Source: Octopus bimaculoides (lineage: Eukaryota). From it: a DNA stretch of 33,181 nucleotides. The notes beneath the pieces are model-generated. The model was not told the origin of the DNA and ran no database searches. It saw nothing but the letters and a program-made list of their open reading frames with translations. The stretch is from assembly GCF_001194135.2 (NCBI RefSeq), contig NC_068986.1:82969993-83003173 (forward strand), read 5' to 3'. Position numbers and translations under genes: made by a program. Below, in pieces: positions 20,163 to 31,890 of the stretch; within the stretch, counting starts at the first letter, position 1, and the number at the start of each line of letters is the position of its first letter.

Positions 20163-21245
20163 ATGGAAGACGTTGATCGTTTGGACTCTTCAAACATGAC
20201 AGTTTTAAATAATGTAGATTCAGTCATGCAGACACACAGTGAGAAACCTTTACATAGTGAAACATGTACTATACAAAGATTATTACACAGGAATGTTAGT
20301 GAATATCATTGTGATATTTGTAGGAAAACATTCCCTTCAGAACAAGAAGTCTTCACACACAAAAAAGTACACAATAAGGAAAAATCGTTTCACTGTGAAA
20401 TTTGTGGGAAATCATTTATTCAGAATTCTCATCTTATTATTCATATACGTAGTCACACTGGAGAAAAACCCTTCCACTGTGAAATATGCGGGAAATCTTT
20501 TGTTAATAACAGTATTTTAAAGACGCACAAAAGAATACATACTGGAGAAAAGCCTTATCTTTGTGAAATATGTGGGAAATCTTTCCCCTCAAACAGTAGT
20601 TTAACAAGTCATAAAACAATGCACAATGGAGAAAAACTCTTCAACTGTGAAGTCTGCGAAAAGTCTTTCATGAAGAACTCGAATCTTATTATCCATATAC
20701 GTAGTCACACTGGAGAAAAACCGTTTCACTGTGAAATATGTGGGAAATATTTTGTCGATAGTAGCTATTTATCAAAACACAAAAAAATACATACTGGAGA
20801 AAAACCTTTCCACTGTGAAACATGTGGAAAATCATTTATCACTAGCAGTCTCTTAAAAAGGCACAAAATTATACACACTGGAGAAAACCCGTTTCATTGT
20901 GAAATCTGTGGGAAATCGTTCAATGTTAATTCTCATCTTATAGTTCACAAACGTAGTCATACTGGGGAAAAACCATATCATTGTGAAATATGTGGCAAGT
21001 CGTTCGTCGATAAGAGTAATTTAACAAGACACAAAATAATACACAGTGGAGAAAGACCTTTTCATTGTGAAATCTGTGGTAAATCATTCTCTGATAATTC
21101 TAATCTTGTCGTTCACAAACGTAGACACACTAGACAAAAGCCTTATCATTGTGAAATATGTGGGAAATCTTTTCTCACCAAGAGTCACTTAAAAAGACAC
21201 AAACAAATGCAAACTAGAGGGAAGCCTTTTATTTGTGAAGCATAA
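20163..21245 (+). CDS. C2H2 zinc-finger protein, 360 aa, 11 finger units (last lacks second His), paralog of 11944-14769
   Basis: The ORF track start at 20136 is TTG within the polypyrimidine tract, so the ATG is 20163 (MEDVDRLDSS...). 47-aa leader, 11 x 28-aa units, finger 11 ends HKQMQ, truncated 12th unit FICEA*. Acceptor tttgtttaag|AATTCC 18 nt upstream. Confidence 0.92.
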   Translation: MEDVDRLDSSNMTVLNNVDSVMQTHSEKPLHSETCTIQRLLHRNVSEYHCDICRKTFPSEQEVFTHKKVHNKEKSFHCEICGKSFIQNSHLIIHIRSHTGEKPFHCEICGKSFVNNSILKTHKRIHTGEKPYLCEICGKSFPSNSSLTSHKTMHNGEKLFNCEVCEKSFMKNSNLIIHIRSHTGEKPFHCEICGKYFVDSSYLSKHKKIHTGEKPFHCETCGKSFITSSLLKRHKIIHTGENPFHCEICGKSFNVNSHLIVHKRSHTGEKPYHCEICGKSFVDKSNLTRHKIIHSGERPFHCEICGKSFSDNSNLVVHKRRHTRQKPYHCEICGKSFLTKSHLKRHKQMQTRGKPFICEA

Positions 21246-21800
21246 AAATCGCTTTGCTGCAAATCGGAACTAATACTAAACCAACAAGTACACCAAGAAA
21301 AACATTTAGCATGATGAAATATTTTGTGACTTCTCATATAATAGTCTAGAAATGTGTTCTTGTTTGAGAAACAACATTTCATTAAAAATATTTGTGAATT
21401 ACAAACTTGTTGACAAATGAATACACAGACAAAAATCTGTACTAATGTGTGAAATATACTGGAATTCATTCAGTGGTAACTGACCATAACACTTCTAATT
21501 CACAGGTGACTACAGATTAAAGAAAACAAGTATGAAATATGGGAAACATTTTGTGTTCTTGTGTATTCCACAAATAGACGCCAGAAAAAGATCTATTTGT
21601 AGTATTATACAGAGGTTCAATCTGGTATTGTGACTGGAAAAACACTTCTCAAGTGTGAAATTTGTGGTAAATTTTCTCGTTTAAAAGCCATGTTAAATAT
21701 ATATAGGAGGAAATTGAGATGATTATCGAAAACTTTGTAAACAGACGTATAAAACAAAACAAGAAATTACTGAGGAATTCATGTAAAATCTTTTTAATGA
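21246..21800 (+). pseudogene. Fossil zinc-finger remnants downstream of the stop codon, homologous to 14770-15400
   Basis: tagtctagaaatgtg, tgtgaaatatactgg, acttctaattcacag and gaaatttgtggtaaatt occur collinearly in both 3' regions. Confidence 0.6.
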
Positions 21801-22899
21801 TATTTGTTAAAAATTATATTTATGTGTAAATCCAAATCTTATAATATTTATTAGATATTATTTTGGTGGCAGGGGCAGTTAAATATTATTTTACAAAATC
21901 GATTACTACAGAAAACACTATGAGAAACTAGTGTTTAATAAAACTGCTTCCATACTTAACTTGTACGAGCTTAAAAATAGTGGGTCTAGTAACCTGAGAC
22001 AGTTAAGTAACTTGGTTTTAGTGATAATGCTCATATAACTTCTCAAATAAAATTCTGCAGGCCAATGGACGTTTTGATATTTTTTAGTCATTTGTTCAAT
22101 GTTGTCATCTATGCTTGCATAGTGGCTGCCTAGCAAAGACCAACTCCATTCTTGCCATTATAAATTATTTTGAATAGCTATTGCCAGAAGAGCAATATTA
22201 CAGGCAAAGATTAAATGAATGACTATCATTATACCTTATAAAAAGATCAATCCCTTGTCCTAAGTTATAATAGTTGCTGAATTGCCATAGTTGATGAGAA
22301 GATGGGTTTAACCCTGTTGTACTACCAGCTGCTATAGCTATTATATTATATAGCTCAAGTTCATGATAATCTTTTACATCTTCAAGAACTTCAGATGTTT
22401 AGTTGGCACTCAGTTTGGTGTGAGACTCAACTTGTGGAACTGCAGATTCTACCAAAGTCCATGAAACTAATTGTAACACCAAGTACTACTGGCACTTCAT
22501 TATGATATATATCAATATATATAATCTTTGGGGTCATATCATATATATAGCTCTACCATTATTATCAGAATAATTTTTCTCTAATTGTCTCATTCACTCA
22601 GGTTAACTGCAATTGATAACTACACTTTTCTTTCCCTCTGCAGGATTGTTAAGATTGATAAAAAGATTAAAAGTAGAATAGGCAAGTAGGGCACAGAGAA
22701 TGTTACTAATTTATTGTCTAAGAGTATTGTTAAAGTTATGATATATCTTCATTTGCTATTCAACATATTAACTTGCATCAATTAAACTTGTTAGTAGTTC
22801 ATATTTCAAATCATTGGTTCTCTGTGATAGATAATGCTATTCGCCATTTTGATATATGGAAATAAACTCATATTAATATTACTAAAATTGATAGATTAA

Positions 22900-22985
22900 A
22901 TTAAGCTGGCAGAATTGTTGGCACACCAGGCTAAGCAATATTTTGTCCGTCTATGTTCTGAGTTCAAACTCCATCAGGATCAATG
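22900..22985 (+). mobile_element. tRNA-derived SINE head fragment
   Basis: aagctggcagaattgttggcacaccaggc...gttctgagttcaaactcc is homologous to 15618-15700. Confidence 0.55.
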
Positions 22986-23609
22986 TAAGCCATTCAAAAT
23001 TATATTCAGTTTTCTCCCTTCAACTGATCAAGAATTTATAAACTAGAAAATATTGTGTCTGCTTCACTTTGGATCATAATAGAAACTTAATCTCTTTAAT
23101 AACTTCACACTTTTGTAGTAATGTTTGATAAACCACAAATGCTTGCCATATATTCAAAGAAATTTAATTCTCTTGATGTTTATTTTCTGATACTGAAACT
23201 GTTTTGTTGTCTAAACCAATCTTAAATCTACATATAATAAAATAACAACCTTTTGAAAAAGATATCACTTTTACTGAAGATAATGTTAAGCTTTATTCTG
23301 AATACTTACAAAGAATAAACCAAATACTTAAATGTAGATGTTGGTCATAAGACAAGGGGAAAACATCTCATAAATCTCACAATATTATAAATGTAATAGA
23401 ATTTCATGAAATATATTTTATGAAGTTAACATTTTTATATCACTTCAATCTCTCTTGTTGGCTTTAATAACACAGAAAGGTGTCACACCCAAATGCTGGT
23501 GTAGCAATAGCTTTGTAGACTGCTTCTAGCAAAGATGTTTTAAAGAGGAGAGGTTTCATATTGATGGACTAACAAAGGTGAAATTTACACAGAGTTATAG
23601 CAAACTTGA

Positions 23610-23870
23610 TTGTGAAGAACACTACTGATGTCATGCTAGCGAGACAAGTGCAGAAATACTTATCTAGGAACAAGCTCCAATACTTGGCATTTGTTGACCT
23701 GGAAAAAACCTTTGATGGGGTTCATACTTTCACATCTGGCTGTTGCAAAAAGCAATAAGAGCTGGTGGATGGTTTGTGAGAGATGTACAGAAGTGCTGTC
23801 AATAAGGTACAACAATGAATTTAGAATGCAGATAGGGATCCATCAGAGCTCTAGCAAAGTTTTAGTGATG
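23610..23870 (+). mobile_element. RTE-clade LINE RT fragment, degenerate
   Basis: TTDVMLARQVQK, YLAFVDLEKTFD, EMYRSAVNKV, NEFRMQIGIHQSS (RT FVDLEKAFD and GVHQGS regions). Confidence 0.7.
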
Positions 23871-24949
23871 CTCCATGATGGTGAGAAGGTTTATGATGAC
23901 CAGAAAGAAATAAAGCAAACATACTCCACTGAATGTGTGATATCAGAATGCATGAGCTACACCCCAAATGAGCTGAGAGTAAAACTAGATATAAATGGAC
24001 TTAACATAAAATTGAAAAGTTAAGGAAGAACATTGGGATGTGTTATTAAAAAAGAGCTTGTATATTTTAAGATTACTGAAAAGAGGTGTAGTAATGTATT
24101 CCAATTTGTATGCCAATTAACTGAGGTGATTATGTATCTATGAGAATTGAATCCAGTCACATAAGTCATTTTTGAGAGACTAAAATATTTTCTCGTTATT
24201 TCAAACAGAGCCTGAAGTTATATTATTGTATCAGTTTTTCAACAAAACTATCTCATGTATTTTATTGTGTCTGGGAAGAGTCATTATCTTTTAATGCCTT
24301 ATTATTTAACACACCAGTTCGATTTCCACTCATTTACTTATTTATTTTTTCTAAAATTTTTGTTGTGTCTTGCAACCTTTTCAATAGTCATTGACTCTCT
24401 CATATATTCTCTTCAGTTAATTTCACTAAACATCAGTGACATCTACTATATAACATCTTATAAGAGATGTTTCCCCACAAAATTACTAGATTACACTTTA
24501 TACAACTATTGTGATAATGGCTCTGATAATCTGTTAGCAAATAACACGCGTTGACTTTAAGCTCAGCTTCAAAATCTGTTTTGAAGTTGTTTCCAGTGTT
24601 ATTACACTCAGGTGATGGTGAGCAGCCACATTGTGTTTATATCTTGGTCTTGGTCTACAAGAAGAACCCCTCCCTCTCATTTCAGTACTCGGAATTAATT
24701 CAACACTCATCAGTTTCACTTTGCTGTAATCTCTACCAGTGTTGAGTCAACCCATCATGTGGTACCTACATACAGCAAAATGGACAGTGGAATTATATGG
24801 AAACAGGACAGTATTTTTACAGTTGATTCTTCAGATAATTGCTTAGTCTTCTATTTACTCAGTTCTCAGTATGATTAAATGATAAAATTATAACTAGAGA
24901 CATGCACACTCCATTCAATTATTCATCAAAGAGAAGCATTTTTGAGACA

Positions 24950-25560
24950 TCCCTAAAACATAGTATTACTGTGGGTGATGGTGAAGCTGAAGTACTGAAA
25001 CAGTCAGGCACTGTCCCAAGCATCATCTTAATGCATAAGGCTTCCTTGTCAGTGGCCCAGCAATTCACATCTCAAAAGCCAGATTGAATTTGCTGACAAA
25101 TTACATTGTTTTAGTGCCTTATTTCATCCAGTTACTGATATTGTAACCCTCACCTCCATCACAACATTAAGGATGTGTGATGGAGCAAATGTACTGCTAA
25201 CTGCAGTGTCTGTATGAAGTATCTGCTTCAAACCCAAGGGTTAAAGAGTGAGTCCATCAAGCCTCTTCCTATTATCTCTTGACAATCCCAATGACTCTAT
25301 AGTTGAGACAATATTTATCCTGGTTTAGGGCTCATTTAATGATCAAGTTTATCTTGATGCCACAACCAATATTACCTACATCAAGTCTCTATAATAATTC
25401 ATGATGACCTCCAGTATCAAGGGGCTTACCACACTGATATTCTTCAGATGAATTAAGTCAAAGTACAAACATTCTAGTCTAACCTGGAAGGTGAGAGTGA
25501 CTTGAAAAGGAGGATATTACAATATTGATGAAGGGGCAGAAATAATTTTATATTTGAAAC
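24950..25560 (-). mobile_element. Older CRE-clade non-LTR retrotransposon relic (zinc-motif plus endonuclease region)
   Basis: Minus-strand fragments YQCGKPLDTGGHHELL, NLIIK*ALNQ, NIVSTIESLGLSRDNRKRLDGLTL, PWV, STFAPSHIL, LFQYFSFTITHSNT. Confidence 0.7.
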
Positions 25561-26799
25561 CAACAGAAAAAAAGATATGTGATAAAAACAAAAATAAACA
25601 ATTCTCTTGAAGCTACTAAAGGGAAGATAATCCTTATTCCAGATATCCAAATTATAAAATTCAAGGACATGAAAGAACATTTGCACAGTATTAAAAGCAT
25701 CATTTGTAGATTTATTTTATTTTTAGATATAACTATTGTTTTATGCTATTTATTTTTCAGGTGTCTGTTATTTATATGGCCTTGATGAAAAGTGAACATT
25801 TACACCTACATGTGTTAGCTGCAATCAAAGTCTATGTTTTGTTAAAGCTGACTATTTGCTAGCGTATAAGACCCCCGCCCCCTATTTTACAAGTATATTT
25901 AATAAAAAAAAAAAAGAAATTTAGTATGCTTCATCATACACTTATTAAAAGATACCTTAAAATGGTTTGTAGGGGTAAAATATATGGTTCTATGCATGTA
26001 ACTATAATATTGTAACAGTACATTTGAATAAAGTACAAAATCTTACATTTATCATAAATGTTATGGGAGTACTATATTTGAACTTTATCTTCTTTCAGGT
26101 CAAGTGCATAGTTGCTTATATTTTTATCAAAAGAATTGCCATAGAGGATATAAAATTTATATTTTGGGTTGACATTTTTTTTTGTGTAACGGCAGTCAGC
26201 TGCAAGAATGGCACACCACAACTATGGTTTTGCTTTTATCCACTTATTGCAAATACCTGAAAGGCAGATGAAAATTTAATATTTTCCTCTTTCTAGAATT
26301 TTTCACTTGGATAGCTAAAAGGTAACAAAATAATTAAATAATATAAGAGATAAATCAGGTGTAGATTGTGTATGTTGAGGAAGATGGTGTAATGAGATGA
26401 TGTGATTTCCCACATAACTGCTCATGTACTGTAAGCAATTTTTCATAAGTTTATGCTAGCAGGCTGTGATAATTTGGCTTGTTTTCAGTACTTTATTATT
26501 AGTAGCAACTATTGTACCGAGCTGGTGTATGGACAACTAGCTTCTTGGCCTATGGCACTTGATCTCCTGTCCATAATTCAGCCACATTAGATGCAAGGCA
26601 ATTTTTGGATACAGCTGATATTAAAAAGATATGTCTTATACAATACAGTAATTTCTATGATTGAAACTTGGTTACTAGTTGTTAATTTGTATCACAAATA
26701 TTTTTGTAAAAGTGCTATGCATCTTCTCAAAATATAGAAACTGTTTCACAACATATAAAAAAGACTTTACCATTTCCTCCCCTACTTCTCACCCACATC

Positions 26800-26857
<58 letters not shown>

Positions 26858-26872
26858 ACATACACACATATA

Positions 26873-27942
26873 CAGGATGTGATGGGTAAATTGTCACCAT
26901 TTTATATTTTTAATTTCGTGCATGTGCATTGTTTTTGATTTTGTCAACTACACAATATAGTAGGGTCAGTTGGGGCATGGTCTGCAAGGAAAACAGCATG
27001 ACGCAATTCACTCTGCCAGAAATTTGGAAATGACACGCTGTACTGGTTGGCATTTGTGCCGGAAGTTATAAAAATCACACTGAGAGTGAAAAAAAATTGT
27101 GCTGAGAGTGATAAAAGTCAAAACATCCAGTCATCATCATGGTGTTTGAAGTGATCCCTGGTGATGGCAATGTTATGCCTCCATTCATCTTCCTAAACGG
27201 CCTCACACTCAACATGGAGGCCTACATCAAGTGACTGGAAGAGGTACTGCTGTCCTGGGTGAAGAGGGTGGCTATTGGAAGATCCTGTGTCTGGCAAGAG
27301 CTCAGCACCGTGCCACAAGCAAGAGAACCCAGCCATGGCTGTCAGGCAATTTCTGACCCCCCCCCCCCNNNNNNNNNNNNNNNNNNNNNNNNNNNNNNNN
27401 NNNNNNNNNNNNNNNNNNNNNNNNNNNNNNNNNNNNNNNNNNNNNNNNNNNNNNNNNNNNNNNNNNNNNNNNNNNNNNNNNNNNNNNNNNNNNNNNNNNN
27501 NNNNNNNNNNNNNNNNNNNNNNNNNNNNNNNNNNNNNNNNNNNNNNNNNNNNNNNNNNNNNNNNNNNNNNNNNNNNNNNNNNNNNNNNNNNNNNNNNNNN
27601 NAACATCTGGTCACCTAACTCCCCACTCTGCAACCCCCTTGATTATCATGTGTGGGGTACAGTTGAGCAAGAGACCAGTAACACCAAAGATAAGCTGATG
27701 GCAAGGATTATGGCAGCATTCACCAACATAAACAAGGAGACTGTCCAGAAGAGTTGCAGGAGATTCCAAAGTGGTCTGGAAGCCATGGTTGCAGCCTATG
27801 GTGATTTTATTAAATAAATTTACTCATAAGTATTTCAAGATATTTTTATGTAATTTTGATAAATATATCTGTTAAAATGAGATGCCAGTGTTATTTTCAT
27901 TTTTGCATAATTTGAAGGACAGTTTATTCACTGCACACCCTG
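26873..27942 (+). mobile_element. Internally deleted Tc1/mariner element, DD37D (maT-like) transposase C-terminal part
   Basis: TA-flanked imperfect TIRs CAGG(A/G)TGTG...TAAA(T/C)TGTC. Fragments HPVIIMVFEVIPGDGNVMPPFIF and NIWSPNSPLCNPLDYHVWGTVEQETSNTKDKLMARI...RFQSGLEAMVAAYGDFIK. Confidence 0.8.
27369..27601. other. Assembly gap (233 N) inside the transposase relic
   Basis: N run directly after a C homopolymer. Confidence 0.98.
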
Positions 27943-27972
27943 TATGTATATACATATATATATATATATATA

Positions 27973-28900
27973 TCATCATCATCATCATCGTTTAACGTCC
28001 ACTTTCCATGCTAGCATGGGTTGGACGATTTGACTGAGGACTGGCAAGCCAGAAGGCTGCACCAGGCTCCAATCTGATCTGGCGGAGTTTCTACAGCTGG
28101 ATGCCCTTCCTATCGCCAACCACTCCGAGAGTGTAGTGGGTGCGTTTACGTGCCACTGGCATGAGGGCCAGTCACACGGTACTGGCAACTGCCACGCTCA
28201 AAAAGGTGTTTTTTACATGCCCCCTGCATAGGAGCCAGTCCAGAGGCACAGGCAACGATCTCACTCGAATGATTTTCTAAGGTGCCACCAGAACAAGTGC
28301 TAGAAGGCAAAGCTGGTAACGATTATGCTCAAATGGTGCTATTTACGGGCCACTAGCACGGAAGCTAGGCAGCTGCTCTGGCAATGAAGACGCTCGACAG
28401 TGCTGTTAGTGCTCCACTGGCGCAGGTGCCAGTCATCAAGTATGGTTCAATTATGATTTCACTTGTCCCAACAGGTCTTCGCAAGCTGAGTTTAGTGTCC
28501 AATGAAGGAGAGGTTGGCATGGGTGCCAGTCGTTGGATTCGGTTCAATTTCGTTTTCAAATTCCAAATTCACTTGCCTCAACAGGTCTTCGCAAGCAGGG
28601 TTTTTAGTGTCCGATTAAGTAAAGATACGAATTAGTGAGCTGGCTACCCTTCTGGCAGAAGTCACAGATTATGCTCTCACTTGCCTTGTCGGGTCTTCTC
28701 ACGTACTGCATATTTCCAAAGGTCCTGGTCACTGGTCATTGCCTCGGTGAGGCCTAAAGTTCAAAGGTAATGCTTCACCACCTCATCCCAGGTCTTTCTG
28801 GGTCTACCTCTTCCACAGGTTCCCTCAACTGTTAGGGTGTAGCACTTTTTCACACAGCTATCCTCATCCTCATCCATTCTTGCTACATGTCCATACCAGA
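27973..28900 (-). mobile_element. RTE-clade LINE 3' end (ORF2 C-terminus, long 3' UTR, (ATG)n tail)
   Basis: WYGHVARMDEDEDSCVKKCYTLTVEGTCGRGRPRKTWDEVVK (ORF 28761-28952) and (CAT)n at 27973-27990. Confidence 0.88.
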
Positions 28901-29377
28901 TAATTTTATTTTGTTTCTTACTGATATTATCTGCAATAATAGGCATTATCAATTCACATAAGAGAAGTATACAAAGTCATTTTTCTTACCTACACCCGCA
29001 CATATCTTTTAATACCCAGGCAAACTAAATTCACACCCAACCTATTGCTGAATTTTATATTTCACATTTTTGGTCTCAAATGCTAGCATTTTATTCTCCT
29101 GCAACATTGTTTACCTGATATAAGTTATGGTTAATGACAATCTCTATTTTTATCAACTTTATTTGGTCAATTTCAAATATATCATTTGTTAGTATTTAGA
29201 TAATTTCCCCCATGATCACTGTAGAAATGGCCTAAAACACAACTGGATTTGTTATCAGTACACAACAGATTTGCAAATATTAATTATAAACTGTTATTCT
29301 AGATTTTAAAATTTGTGTAGCTAAAGAACAAAAACAAAAAGAAATATAGATAAATAGATATATAAATACATATAACT

Positions 29378-29720
29378 GGCGCAAACATGGATGTGGTAAG
29401 AAGCTTGCTTCCCAACCACATGGTTCCGGGTTCAGTCCCACTGCATTGCAGCTTGGGCGAGTGTCCTCTACTATAGCCTTCTGAGTGGATTTAGTAGATA
29501 GAAGAAGTCCGTTGTATATATATATATATGTGTGTGTGTGTGTCCCCTCCACTGCTTGACAACCAGTGTTGGTGTGTTTGCATCCCTGTAACTTAGTGGT
29601 TCAACAATAGAGACTGACAGAATATGTCCAGGTTGAAAAAATAAAAATACTGGGGGGTCAATTCATTTGACTAAAAATTCTTCAAGGCGGTGCCCCAACA
29701 TGTAATGACTGAAAAAAGAT
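29378..29720 (+). mobile_element. tRNA-derived SINE with internal (TA)/(TG) microsatellite
   Basis: Head ggcgcaaacatggatgtggtaagaagc, B-box-like gggttcagtccc, 3' part homologous to 16735-16880 and 30003-30200. Confidence 0.75.
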
Positions 29721-29739
29721 ACCCACCTTTTAAAGACGT

Positions 29740-30000
29740 ATAATTGTTCATGTACAAACATAAATCCACTTTATACATACCTAGAACTCTGCATGTAAAT
29801 ACATGTACCCACTTTCTACATACACCCATATACAATTGTACATGTACATACATATACATCCACCTTTTACACACCTACACATTTAGAACTCTACATGTAT
29901 ATAAATGTAGAATATACATCTTTTACATATCTACACACACATATATAGAACTGTACAGGTACAATTATATATTCACCTTTTATATACACCTACACATACA
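29740..30000. repeat. Degenerate minisatellite, unit roughly 45-50 bp
   Basis: Recurring (t/c)ccac(c)tttta...acatac...tagaactct(g/a)catgta. A further unit resumes at ~30710-30778, after the SINE/RTE insertion. Confidence 0.55.
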
Positions 30001-30002
30001 GT

Positions 30003-30705
30003 CTTTTGTTTCAGTTATTTGACTGTGGCCATGCTGGAACACCACCTTAAAGGGGTTTTGTCAAAGAAATCGATTCCAGGACTTATTCTTTATATGCCTA
30101 GTAATTATTCTATCAGTCTCTTTTGCCAAACCACTAAGTCACAGAGACATAAACACACCAGCATTGGTTGTTAAGTGATGGCAGGGAGACACAAACACTC
30201 ACATACATACACACCTGTGTGTGTATATATATATATCATCATCATCATCATCGTTTAACGTCCGCTTTCCAAGCTAGCATGGGTTGGACGATTTGACTGA
30301 GGACTGGTGAAACCAGATGGCTACACCAGGCTCCAATCTGATTTGGCAGATTTTCTACAGCTGGATGCCCTTCCTAACGCCAACCACTCAGAGAGTGTAG
30401 TGGATGTTTTTACGTGTCACCCGCACGAAGGCCAATCAGGCGGTACTAGCAACAGCCACGCTCAAAATGGTGTATTTTATGTGCCACCCGCAGAAGAGCC
30501 AGTCCAGGAGCACTGGCAACGATCTCGCTCGAAAATCCTTACACATGCCACGGGCACAAGTGCCAGAAAGGCGACGCTGGGCACAGGTGCCATCACAATA
30601 CATACATACACACGATGGGCTTCTTTCAGTTTCTGTCTACCAAATCCACTCACAAGGTTTTGGTTGGCTTGAGGCTATAGTAGAAGACACTTGCCCAAGA
30701 TGCCA
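30003..30705 (-). mobile_element. SINE (same family as 29378) interrupted by an RTE 3' tail at 30236-30600
   Basis: 30003-30200 is the reverse complement of the SINE 3' part and 30615-30705 of its middle. 30236-30600 is collinear with 27973-28300, starting at (CAT)n. Confidence 0.75.
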
Positions 30706-30960
30706 CAAAACTCTGCATGTACATACATATGTTCACCTGTTACATACCACCACCCAACACTCACATGTATAGAACTTCTTTAACTAAGCAGGGTTAATAA
30801 TATAAATAGTAATGCACTGTAAATCTACAACAGCATGTAAAACCATATTTTATTCCATAAAATGTTTCTTTTTTCACAATTTACTTCAGGTAGCAGTTGT
30901 TACAGATCAAAAAGTCACCACTTCATATTGCATTTTAACTTTATTATCATTTCATACTGT

Positions 30961-31890
30961 TCATAGGCCATCATAGCAAGCTTTCCCACGAGTGTGGATA
31001 CGTTTGTGAGAAGATAAATTACAATTTTGAGAAAATGATTTCCCACAGACATCACAGCAGTATGGTTTTTTCCCTGTATGAACAAGTTTATGGTAAGACA
31101 AGCCACCACTCTGAGAAAATGTTTTACCACAAATATCACAATAATACGGGTTCTCTCCAGTGTGGATCCGCCTGTGAGATATCAAGCTACCATTCTGCGA
31201 AAATGTTCTACCACAGATATCACAGTGATATGGTTTCTCTCCTGTGTGAATACGTTTGTGAGAAGACAAACTGCCACTGTGAGAGAACATTTGACCACAG
31301 ATATCACAGTGGTATGGTTTCTCGCCAGTGTGAACGAGTTTGTGGTAAGACAAACCACCACTCCGGGAAAATGATTTACCACAGATATCACAATGATATG
31401 GGTACTCTCCCGTGTGTATACGTTTGTGATAAGATAAACTACCATTCAGAGAGAATGTTTTACCACAGATATCACAATGATATGGTTTCTCCCCTGTGTG
31501 TATACGTTTGTGATAAGATAAACTACCATTTACAGAGAATGATTTACCACAGACATCACAGTGATATGGTTTCTCACCTGTATGTATACGTTTGTGGGAA
31601 GATAAATTACTATTTTGAGAAAATGTTTTACCACAGATATCACAACAGTGTGGTTTCTCTCCTGTATGAATATGTTTGTGGAGAGACAAGGAACAATTTG
31701 TAGTAAACTTTTTACCACAAACTTCACAGTGGTACAGCTTGGAGACTGAGTGATTTAATTTATGTTGAATCAAATTCTTTCTTGTTGTTAATGATTTTCT
31801 GCATATATCACGAGGGTAGGATTTCTCTTTTGCATTTTCCTGTGTCTGGGTAGATGAATCAATATACTCAAGCCTTGCTTTCTTATTCAT
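30961..31890 (-). CDS. C2H2 zinc-finger protein, 309 aa, 10 finger units (first broken: YPRDIC)
   Basis: The ORF track start at 31905 is GTG and the first in-frame ATG is 31890. Nine intact 28-aa fingers with TGEKP-like linkers. Minus-strand acceptor tctttctatttcag|ATAAG at 32020/32019. Confidence 0.92.
   Translation of the reverse strand: MNKKARLEYIDSSTQTQENAKEKSYPRDICRKSLTTRKNLIQHKLNHSVSKLYHCEVCGKKFTTNCSLSLHKHIHTGEKPHCCDICGKTFSQNSNLSSHKRIHTGEKPYHCDVCGKSFSVNGSLSYHKRIHTGEKPYHCDICGKTFSLNGSLSYHKRIHTGEYPYHCDICGKSFSRSGGLSYHKLVHTGEKPYHCDICGQMFSHSGSLSSHKRIHTGEKPYHCDICGRTFSQNGSLISHRRIHTGENPYYCDICGKTFSQSGGLSYHKLVHTGKKPYCCDVCGKSFSQNCNLSSHKRIHTRGKACYDGL

Noticed and set aside
25860-25960. cgtataagacccccgcccc as a pogo/Tigger-like MITE remnant
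   Set aside because: Only a short motif resemblance, with no matching opposite end.
26200-26650. Possible minus-strand exons behind acceptor-like sites at ~26260 and ~26615
   Set aside because: All frames close quickly and give no recognisable protein.
27193-27633. Several ORFs spanning the second N-gap
   Set aside because: Artefacts of translating Ns. Only the transposase-like fragments are retained, as part of the mobile element.
29671-30772. ORFs of 67-122 aa at 29671-30022 and 30307-30772
   Set aside because: They lie within minisatellite and RTE 3' UTR sequence and show no domain signal.
31035-31703. 222-aa antisense ORF over the 10-finger gene, and similar shadow ORFs at 6488-6790, 13100-13413, 14201-14421, 20239-20520, 31078-31727
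   Set aside because: These are by-products of the 84-bp periodic finger codons in alternative frames, with no independent domain.
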